Shown piece after piece: positions 28,628 to 39,318 of a DNA stretch of 64,000 nucleotides. The position numbers and the translations under genes were made by a program. This DNA comes from the human T2T-CHM13v2.0 reference genome, Homo sapiens: NCBI RefSeq assembly GCF_009914755.1, contig NC_060944.1, one strand, 5' to 3'. Under the pieces are notes generated by a model, which was given only the letters and a program-made list of their open reading frames with translations, searched no databases and was not told where the DNA came from. The stretch's first letter is position 1; each line of letters opens with the position of its first letter.

Positions 28628-29399
28628 TTTAGTACGTAGGAAATCCCATGTAACTTAGCAAAGCTAGCAAGTCCCTAAACTCGGCGCAGCGACTGTAGGG
28701 GTGGCCTCCCAGTAGCATCATTAACATCAATTGTAATTGGTAGGCAATCGCTTAGTTTCACATTTCATTACCCGAGTTATACAAATGTGTAAAAAAAAAA
28801 AATACAATTTTAATAAAAGGGAGTAAAGGATAATATGAGTAATATTCACAATCTCTAGTTGGAAGAGGTAGTGTTTTCTCAGAAATGATGCATTCCTGGA
28901 GCAAGGTCATTTTGTGTTTGGTTTGTTAAATATCTATTTCCATTTTGACAAACCACTGGAAAAGCCCAGCTTCACAAGGGCTCTCCATGAGAACGATCAC
29001 ACAAAAGAATACCCATAACACAAAATCAAAACAAGGGTGGTCCAGGCGTCACATTAAAGGCTTATTACCAAGTTTTCTTAGAAGAGATAAAGAACACAAA
29101 GTTACTTTTATGTGATGGAAAACAGAGAGAAAGAGTAAATGCAACAATAAATGTTAGGCAACAACAGTGAAAACCAAGCTGTGGAAAAAAATGAATGGAA
29201 ATGTTTTGTTTGGTATTGATTTCCTATCCTGATATCAGAAAGTATGGGAAAGAACAAAGGACATTTTTTTGAGACAAATAGAACATAAAACAAATGAATG
29301 TTAAAGACTATTTTACAGTGCTAACAAAACTATCTGTGACTTGTTTTTTCCCTTAAAAAATACGATTTTGTACAATTACATTTATATAAATTATTGAAA

Positions 29400-29793
29400 T
29401 AAAATTGTAAAGATTGAGAACAGGCTATGGGGTTGCCAAGGGGAAGGGGTGGAGGAAAACGTGTCAGAGTGTCAGCAAAGATCGCAAGTTGGAGCCTGGT
29501 GGTGAGGCAACAGTTCTGCATCTTGACTTTGGAAGTGGTAGTTGCAGAGATCTACACCACACAAAAATGAACAGAACACACGCACACACATACACACGTA
29601 CAAAAATGAATGCATGCAAAACGGTTGCGATCTGAGTAAGCTTTCTGAATTGTACCTATGTCAGTGTCCAGGTTTTGATAATGCTCTATGGCTATGTGAG
29701 ATGTCACCACTGGAATTAGTGAATAGTACCTAAGACATCCCTGTACCTTTTGCAACTTCCTGTGAATCTATAATTATTTCAAAAGAAAGTTGA
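29400..29793 (+). mobile_element. Ancient L1M (L1MC/MD-like) 3' end
   Basis: ggttgccaagggg...gttctgcatcttgac...ttgcaacttcctgtgaatctataattatttcaaaa. Confidence 0.75.
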
Positions 29794-30184
29794 AAGTCAT
29801 AGCAGACTTTCACTTCAAAGAGGAAAAATACTGAAGATTAATGAAATTGTTGAAGAACATCAAATACTCAATAGTCTGTATGAGAGCTGTATTCTGTCCA
29901 CTCGCAGCACAGCTGTCATTTAGCCTTTTCCTGATGTGCCCTGGAGGACTTGAGCTCCTCTTGGATTGCCAAGGCCAATAGTGTTTACTTGTTACTAAAT
30001 TTGTACTAAACCCCCCAAAAATGAAAAGTGATTGAATAATCATTTATAATAACAACTAGTAATTTTACTTATAAAGAGACAATAGTGGTAATGAATTTAA
30101 ATATTTAGGGTAAAGAATAGGATCTTCGTCAGACAATACTGGCATAATTTAGAAATAAAAAATAAGGAATCAGAAACATAAGTA

Positions 30185-30392
30185 GTTCAGTATTGTGAAA
30201 AAATTCTGGATCTGAGAAGCAAAAGAACAGAAATTGTATTGCATTTCTGCTCCAAACCTGATGAATCACCTTAGATGTGTTGTGTTTCTGTGCCAAAGCT
30301 GTTGAATCACCTTAGGCAATGCATGCCCTTTCCCTGAATCTGTTTTCTTTTCTACAAAATGAAGTGAGCTAGATCATCTCCAAGGTCCCCCA
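30185..30392 (+). mobile_element. MIR-family fragment (with a ~40-bp internal duplication)
   Basis: tcaccttaggcaa...tccctgaatctgttttcttttctacaaaatga...ctagatcatctccaaggtccc. Confidence 0.6.
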
Positions 30393-30516
30393 AATATTCA
30401 CATTTTCGGCTCCATATGAACTTCAGTTGAATTCCTAATTTCAGTGTGGATAATACATGTGTGCTGAACCACAAGCAGTGTGTCTAAATGCTCATGTTGG
30501 TCCTAAAAACTAATTA

Positions 30517-33500
30517 TGAGCAGTTTGGAAATTCTGTTGTTGTACAATCTGCAAAGGGATATTTGTGAGTGCTTTGAGGCCATGGTGAAAAAGGAAATAC
30601 CTTCACATAAAAACTATAAAGAAGGTTTCTGAGAAACTGCTTTGTGATGTGTGCATTCATCTCACTGAGTTGAACATTTCATTCCTTTGATGAGTCTGGA
30701 AACTCTGTTCTTGTACAATCTGCAAAGTGGTATTTGTGAGTGCTTTCAGGCCTATGGTGAAAAAGGAAATATCTTCACATAAAAACTAGACAGACGCTTT
30801 CTGAGAAACTACTTTGTGACGTGTGCATTCATCTCAAAGAGTTAAACCATTCTTTTGATTGAAATGCTAGGAAATGGTGTTTTTGTAGAATCTGAAGAGG
30901 GATATTTGTGAGCGCTTTGAGGCCTTTGGTGAAAAAGTAAATACCTTCACCTTTCTCAGATGAGTAGGTTGCAAAAATTTTTTCCCATTCTGTAGGATGA
31001 CTGTTCACTCTGATGGTGGTTTCTTTAGCTGTGCAGAAGCTCCTTAGTTTAATTAGATCCCATTTGTCAATTGTGGCTTTGTTGCCATTGCTTTAGGTGT
31101 TTTAGACATGAAGTCCTTGCCCATGCCTATGCCCTGAATGGTATTTCCTAGGTTTTCTTCTAGGGATTTTATGTGAAGCATTCTTTTGATTAATCAGTTT
31201 GGATACTCTGTTCTTGTAGAATCTGCAAGGAGATATTTGTGAGCGCTTTGAGGCCTTTGGTGAAAAAGTAAATACCTTCACATAATAAATAGACAGAAGC
31301 TCTCTGAGAAACCTCCCTGTCTGTGTGCATTCATCTCACAGAGTTGAAACTGTCTTTTGGCTGAGCAGTTTGAAAACTGTCTATTTGTAGAATCTGCAAA
31401 GGGATATTTATGAGCACTTTGAAGCCTATGGTGAGAAAGGAAATATCTTCACATAAAAACTGGATAGAACATTTCTGAGAAACCTCTTTGTGATGTGTGC
31501 ATTTATCTCACAGTGTTGAACCATTCTTTTGATTGAGCAGTTTGTAAACAGACTTTTTGTAGAATCTGCAAAGGGATATTTGTCAGCTCTATGAGGCCTA
31601 TGGTGAAAAAGGAAATATCTTCAATAAAAACTATAAAGAATGTTTCTGAGAAGCTGTTTTGCAAGATGTGCACTCATCTCAGAGAGATAAAAGTTTCTAT
31701 TCTTTGATGAGTCTGGAAACTCTGTTCTTGTAAAATCTGCAAAGGGATATTTGTGAGTGGCTTTAGGCCTGTGGTGAAAAAGGAAATATCTTCACATAAA
31801 AACTAGACAGAAGATTTCAGAGAAAGTTCTTTGTGATATGTGCATTCATCTCACAGAGTTGAACCACTCTTTTGATTGAGAAGTTTGGAAACAGTCTTTT
31901 CAGAGAATTTGCAAAGGGATATTTTGAGCGCTTTGATAGGTATGGTGAAAAGGGAAATATCTTCACTTAAAAACTGGACAGAAGCTTTCTGAGAAACTTC
32001 TTTGTGATGTGTGCATTCGACTAACAGAGTTGAACCTTTCTTTTGATTGGGCAGTTTGGAAAGAGTCCTTTCCTAGAATCTGCAGAGGGATATGTGTGAG
32101 CCCTTTATGGCCTAAGGTGAAATAGGAAATATCTTCATATAAAAACTAGACAGAAGCATTCTGAGAAACTTCTTTGTCAAGTGTGCTTTCATCTCACAGA
32201 GTGGAACCTCTCTTTTGATTGAGGAGTTTGGAAACAGTCTTTCTGTAGAATATGCAAATGGATATTTGGAGCGCTTTGAGGCCTATGGTGAAAAAGGAAA
32301 TATCTTCACCTAAAAACTAGACAGAAACATTATGAGAAACTTCTTTGTGATGTATGCATTCATATCACAGAGTTGAACCTCTCTTTTGATTGAGGAGTTT
32401 GGAAACAGTCTTTTTGTAGAATATGCAAATGGATATTTAGAGTGCTTTGAGGCCTATGGTGAAAAAGGAAATATCTTCACCTAAAAACTACACAGAAGCA
32501 TTCTGAGAAACTTCTTTGTGATGTATGCATTCGTTTCACAGAGTTGAACCTTTCTTATGATTGAGCAGTTTCAAAGCAGTCCTTTTGTAGAATATGCAAA
32601 GGGATATTTGTGAGCCCATTGAGGCCTGTGGTGAATTAGGAAATATCTTCACATATAAACTAGTCAGAAGATTTCTGAGAAACTTGTTTGTGATGTGTGC
32701 ATTCATCTAACAGAGTTGAAACTTTCTTTTGATTGGGCAGTTTGGAAAGTGTCCTTTTCTAGAATCTGCAGAGGGATATTTGTGAGCCCTTTATGGCTTA
32801 AGGTGAAATAGGAAATATCTTCACATAAAAACTAGACAGAAGCATTCTGAGAAACTTCTTTGTCAAGTGTGCTTTCATCTCACAGAGTTGAACCTCTCTT
32901 TTGATTGAGGAGTTTGGAAAGTCTTTTTGTAGAATACACAAATGGATATTTGGAACTCTTTGAGGCCTATGGTGAAAAAGGAAATATCTTCACCTAAAAA
33001 CTACACAGAAGCATTCTGAGAAACTTCTTTGTGATGTACGCATTCATATCACAGAGTTGAACCTTTCTTATGATTGAGCAGTTTCAAAGCAGTCCTTTTG
33101 TAGAATATGCAAAGGGATATTTGTGAGCCCATTGAGGTCTGTGGTGAATTAGGAAATATCTTCACATATAAACTAGTCAGAAGATTTCTGAGAAACTTCT
33201 TTGTGATGTGTGCTTTCATCTCACAGAGTTGAACCTTTCTTTTGAATGAGCAGTTTGGAAACACACTTTTTGTAGAATCTGCAAATGGATATTTAGAGCA
33301 CTTTGAGGCCTGTGGTGAATTAGGAAATATCTTCACATAAAAACTAGAAAGCAACATTCTATGAAACTTCTTTGTGATGTGTGCTTTCATCTCACAGAGT
33401 TGAACCTCTCTATTCATTGAACAGTTTGGAAACCATCTTTTTGTAGAATCTGCAAATGGATATTTGGAGCATTTTGAGGCCTTGGTGAGAATGGAAATAT

Positions 33501-36500
33501 CTTCACATAAAAACTAGATAGAAGCATTCTGAGAAACTTCTTGGTGATGTGTGCATTTATCACACAGAGTTATACCTTTCTTTTGATTGAACACTTTGGA
33601 AACAGTCTTTTTGTAGTATCTGTAGAGGGATGTTTGCGAACGATTTGAGGCCTATGGTGAAAAAGGAAATATCTTCACATAAAAACTAGACAGAAGCTTT
33701 CTGAGAAACTTCTTTGTGATGTGTGAATTCATCTCACAGTGTTGAACCTTTCTTTGGATAGAGCAGTTTGGAAACAATCCTTTTGTAGAATCTGCAAAGG
33801 TATATTTCTGAGCCCATTGAGGCCTATGGTGAAATATGAAATATCTTCCCATAAAAACTAGACAGAAGGTTTCTAAGAAACTCCTTTGTGATGTGTGCTT
33901 CCATCTCACAGAGTTGAACCTTTCTTTTGATTGAGCAGTTTGGAAACACTCTTTTTGTAGAATCTGCAAATGGATATTTGGAGCACTTTGAGGCCTATGG
34001 TAAAAAAGGAAATATCATCACATAAAAATTAGACGGAAGCATTCTGAGAAACTTCTTTGTGATGTTTGCATCCATCTCACACAGTTGAACATTTCTTTGA
34101 TTGAAGATTGGGAAACAGTCTTTTTGTAAAATCTACGAAGGGATAATTGTGAACCCTTTGAGGCCTATGGTGAAGTAGGAAATATCTTAACATAAAAACT
34201 ACACGGAAACATTTTGAGAAACTTTTTTGTGATGGGTACATTCATCTCACAGAGTTGAAGCTTTCTTTTTCTAGAGCAGTTTGGAAACAGTCCTATTGTA
34301 GAATCCCCAAAGGGATATTTCTGAGCCCATTGAGGCCTTTGGTGATATAGGAAATACCTTCACATAAAGCTAGACGGAAGCTTTCTGAGAAACTTCTTTT
34401 CAATGAGTGCTTTCATCTCAAAGAGTTGAGCATTTCTTTTGACTGAGCAGTTTGGAAACACTCTTTTTGCCTAATCTGCAAATGCATAATTGGAGCATTT
34501 TTAGGTCTATGGTGAATAAGGAAATATCTTCCCATAACAACTGAACATAAGCTTTCTGAGAAACTACTTTGTAATGAGTGCATTCATCTCACAGAGTTGA
34601 AACTTTCTTTTGATGAGCCGTTTGTAAACTGTCTTTTTGTACAATCTGCAAATGCATATTGGGAGCACTTTGAGGCCTATGGTGAAAAAGGAAATATCTT
34701 CAGATAAACACTAAACAGAAGCTTTCTGAGAAACTTCTTTGTGATGGGTGCATTCATATCACAGAGCTGAAACTTTCTTTTGATTTAGCAGTTTGTAAAC
34801 AGTCTTTTGGTAGAATCTGCAAATGGACACTTTGAGTACTTTGAGGCCTATGGTGAAAAAGGAAATATCTTCACAAAAAAACTAGAAAGATACATTCTGA
34901 GAAACTTCTTTGTGATGCGTGCTTTCAACTCACAGAGTTGAAACTTTCTTTTCACTGAGCAATTTGGAAACAGTCTTTTTGTGGAATCTGCAAAAAATAT
35001 TTTTGAGCCCTTTATGGCCCATGCTGAAACAGGAAATATCCTCACAGAAAAACCAGACAGAAGCTTTCTGAGAAACTTCTTTGTGATGTGTGCTTTGAAC
35101 TCACAGAGTTGTACCTTTCTTTTGATTGAGCAGTTTGGAAACAGTCTTTTTGTGGAATCAGCAAATGGATGTTTGGAGGGCTTTGAGGCCTATGGTGAAA
35201 AAGGAAATACCTTCATATAATAAATAGACAGAAGCATTGTGAGAAACATCTCTGTTATGTGTGCATTCATCTCATAGAGTTGAACCTTTCTTTGAATGGC
35301 TTGGAAACTCTTTTTGTGGAATCAGCAAATGGATGTTTGGAGTGCTTTGAAGCCTATGGTGAAAAAGGAAATACCTTCACATAAAAAATAGACAGAAGCA
35401 TTGTGAGAAACATCTCTGTGATGTGTGCATTCATCTCATAGTGTTGAACCTTTGTTTGATCGAGCAGTTTGGAAACAGTCCTTTTGTAGAATCTGCAAAG
35501 GGATATTTCTGAGCCCATTGAAGCCTAGGGTGAAAAAGAAATGTCTTCACATAAAAACTAGACAGAAGCATTCTGATAAACTTTTGTGATGTGTCCATTC
35601 ATCTCACAGAGTTGAAACTTCCTTTGGATTGAGCAGAGTGGAAACAGTCTTTTTGTAGAATCTGCAAAAAGTATTTTTGAGCCCTATATGGCCCAAGGTG
35701 AAATAGGAAATATCTTCACAAAAAAACTAGACAGAAGCATTCTGAGAAACCTCTTTGTGATGTGTGCTTCTGTGTCACAGAGTTGAGCATTTCTTTTGAT
35801 TGAGCAGTTTGGAAACACTCTTTTTGTAGAATCTGCAAATGGGTATTTGGAGCGCTTTGAGGCCTACAGTGAAAAAAGAAATATCTTCACATAAAAACTA
35901 GACAGATGCATTCTGTGAAACTTCTTTGTGATGTGTGCATTCATCTCACAGAGTTGAATCTTTCTTTGGATTCAGCAGTTTTCTAAACAGTCCTTTTGTA
36001 GAATCTGCAAAGAGATATTTCTGAGCCCATTGAGGCCTATGGTGAAAAAGGAAATATCTTCAAATAAAAACAAAACAGAAGCTTTCTGAGAAGCTTCTTT
36101 ATGATGTGTGCATTCATCTCACAGAGTGGAATCTTTCTTTTGCTTGAGCAGTTTGGAAACAGTCTTTTTGTAAAATCTGCAAAAGGGTATTTCTGAGCCG
36201 TTTGAGGCTGATGGTGAAAAAGAAATATCTTCACATAAAAACTAGACAGAAGCATTCCGAGAAACTTGTTTCTGATGTGTGCATTCATCTCACAGGGTTG
36301 AACCTTTCTTTTGTTTGAGCAGTTTGGAAACAGTCTTTTTTTTGAATATGCAAACGGATATTTTTGAGCCCTTTACAGCCTATGGTGAAATAGGCAATAT
36401 CTTCACATAAAAATTAGACAGAATATTTCTGAGAAAATGCTTTGTGATGTGTGCTTTCATCTCACAGAGGTGAACTTTTGTTTTGATTGAGTAGTTTGGA

Positions 36501-39318
36501 AACAGTCTTTCTGTAGAATCCACAAATGGATATTTGCAGTGCTTTTAGGCCTATGGTGAAAAAGGAAATATCTTCACAACAACACTAAAAAGAAGCTTTC
36601 TGAGAAACTTCTTTGTGATGTGTGGATTCATATCACAGAGCTGATCCTTTCTTTTGATTGAGCAGATTGGAAACCGTCTTTTTGTACAATCTGCAAAGGG
36701 ATATTTCTGAGCTGTTTGATGCCTATGGTGAAAAAGAATTATCTTCACATAAAAACTAGACAGAATTATTGTGAGACACTTCCTTGTGATGTGTGCCTTC
36801 ATCTCACAGAGTTGAACCTTTCTTTTCTTGGAGCAGTTTGGAAAAAGTCTTTTTGAAGTATCTGCAGAGGGATATTTGTGAGCAGTTAAAGGCCTATGGT
36901 GAAAAATAAAATATCTTCACATAAAATCTATACAGAAGCATTCTGAGAAACTTGTTTTTTATGTGTGCATTCATCTCCCAGAGATGAATCTTTCTTTTCA
37001 TTGAGCAGTCTGGAAACAGTCTCTTTATACAATGTGCAAAGGGATATTTCTGAGAGGTTTGAGGCCTATGGTGAAAAAGTAATACCTTCACATAAAAACT
37101 ATACAGAAGCATTCTGAGAAACTTCTTTTTTATGTGTGCATTCACCTCACATAGTTGAAACTTCCTTTTCATTGAGCAGTTTGGAAACAGTCTTTTTGTA
37201 GAATCTGCAAAGGGATATTTGTGATTCCTTTGAGTCCTGTGGTGAAATAGGAAATATCCTCAAATAAAAACTAGACAGAGCTTTCCAAGAAACTTCTTTT
37301 TGATGTGTGCTTTCATCTCACAGAGTTGAACCTTTCTTTTGATTGAACAGTTTGCAAACAGTCTTTTTGTGGAATCTGCAAATGGATGTTTGGAGTGTTT
37401 TGAGGCCTATGGTGAAAAAGTAAATATCTTCACATAAAAACTAGATTCATGTTTTCTGGGAAACTTCTTTGTGATGGGTGTATGCATCTCAAAGAGTTGA
37501 ATCTTTCTTTTGATTGAGTAGTTTGGAAGCAGTCTTTTTGGAGAATCTTCAAAGGGATGTTTTTGAGTGGTGTGAGGCATGTGGTGAAAAAGGAAATATC
37601 TTCATATAAAAACTAGACAGAAGCATTCTGAGAAATCACTTTGTGATGCATGCATTCATCTCACAGAGTTGAATTTTCTTTCATTGAGCAGTTTGGAAAC
37701 AGTCTTTTTGTAGAATATGCAAAGGGATATTTGTGAGCTTTTTGAGGCCTATTGTGAAAAAGGAAATCTGCACAAATAAAATCTAGACAGAAGCCTTCTG
37801 AGAAACTTCTTTGTGATGTGTGCATTCATCACACAGAATTGAACCTTTCTTTCGATTGAGTAGTTTGGAAGCAGTCTTTTTGTAGAATTTGCAAAGGAAA
37901 ATTTGTGAACACTTTGAGGCTTATGGTGAAAAAGAAGTATCTTCACATAAAAACTAGTCAGAAACGTTCTGAGAAACTTCTTTGTGATGTGTGCAGTCAT
38001 CTCACACAGCTGAAGTTTCATTTGATTGACCAGTTTGGAAACAGTCCTTTAGTAGAATCTGAAAAGGGTTATTTATGAGCAGTTTGAAGCCTATAGTGAA
38101 AAAGGGAGTATCGACAAATAAAACCTAGACAGAAACTTTCTGAGAAACTTCTCTGTGATGTGTGCATCCATCTCACAGAGTAAAAACTTTCTTTGATTGA
38201 GCAGTTTGGAAACAGTCTTTTTGTAGAATCTGCAAAGGGATACATGTAGGCGGTTTCAGGTCTATCATGAAAATGGAAATATCTTCACATAAAAACTAGA
38301 AAGAAGGTTTCTGAGAAAATTCTTTGAGATGTGCTCATTCGTCTCACAGATTTGAAGTGTTCTTTTCATTGACCAGTTTGGATAGAGTCTTTTTGTAGAA
38401 TCTGCTTTGCAATATTTGTGAGCCCTTTGAAGCCTATGGTGAAAAAAGAAATATCTTCACACAAAAACTAGACAGAAGTTTCTGAGAAACTTCGTTGTGA
38501 TGTGTGCATTCATCCCAAAGAGTTGAACCTGTCTTTGGATTGAGCAGTTTGGAAACAGTCCTTTGTAGAATGTACAAAGGGATATTTGAGATCCCTTTTT
38601 GGCCTATGGTGAAAAAGGAAATGTCTTCACATAAAAACTAGACAGAAGCATTCTGAGAAACTTCTTTTTTATGTGTGCATTCTTCTCACAGAGTTGAACC
38701 TTTCTTTAGATAGAGCAGGTTGGAAAATGTCTTTTTGTAGAATCTGCAAAGTGATAATTTGAATGCTTTGAGACTTATGGTAAAAAAGGAAATATCTTCA
38801 CATAAAAACTGGACGGAAGCTTTCTGAGAAACTTTGTGATGTGTGCATTCATCTCAAAGAGTTGAAGCTTTATTTCAGTTGAGCAGTTTGGGAACAGTCT
38901 TTTTGTAAAATCTGTAAAGGGACATTTGTGAGCACTTTGAGGCCTATATTGAAAAAGGAAACATCTTCAAATAAAAACTAGACAGAAGCTTTCTGAGAAA
39001 CTTCTTTGTGATGTGTGCATTCACCTCACAGAGTTGAACCTTTCTTTTGATTGAGTAGTTTGGAAACACTCTTTTTGTAGAATCTGCAAAGGGTTATTTA
39101 TGAGCAGTTTGAAGCCTATGGTGAAAAAAAGAGTATCAACAAATAAAAACTAGACAGAAACTTTCTGAGAAACTTCTCTGTGATGTGTGCATTCATCTCA
39201 CAGAGTGGAAGCTTTCTTTGAGCAGGTTGGAAACAGTCTTTTTGTAGAATCTGCAAAGGGATATATGTAGGCGGTTTGAGGTCTATCATGAAAACAGAAA
39301 TATCTTCACATAAAACTA
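30517..39318 (+). repeat. Divergent monomeric alpha satellite, forward orientation (inverted block)
   Basis: ~171-bp period (gaaacttctttgtgatgtgtgcattcatctcacagagttgaacc). A-type box ctatggtgaaaaaggaa; no CENP-B box seen. Confidence 0.97.
30950..31173 (-). mobile_element. Internal L1PA ORF2 fragment without poly(A) or TSD
   Basis: tcagatgagtaggttgcaaaaattt...ttagacatgaagtccttgcccatgcctatg...ttctagggattttatg. Confidence 0.9.

Noticed and set aside
28668-28712. Minus-strand resemblance to an ERV LTR end plus Lys primer-binding site (ggccacccctaca...gcgccgagtttagggacttg)
   Set aside because: Too short and gapped, with no flanking LTR or leader similarity, so not callable without a search.
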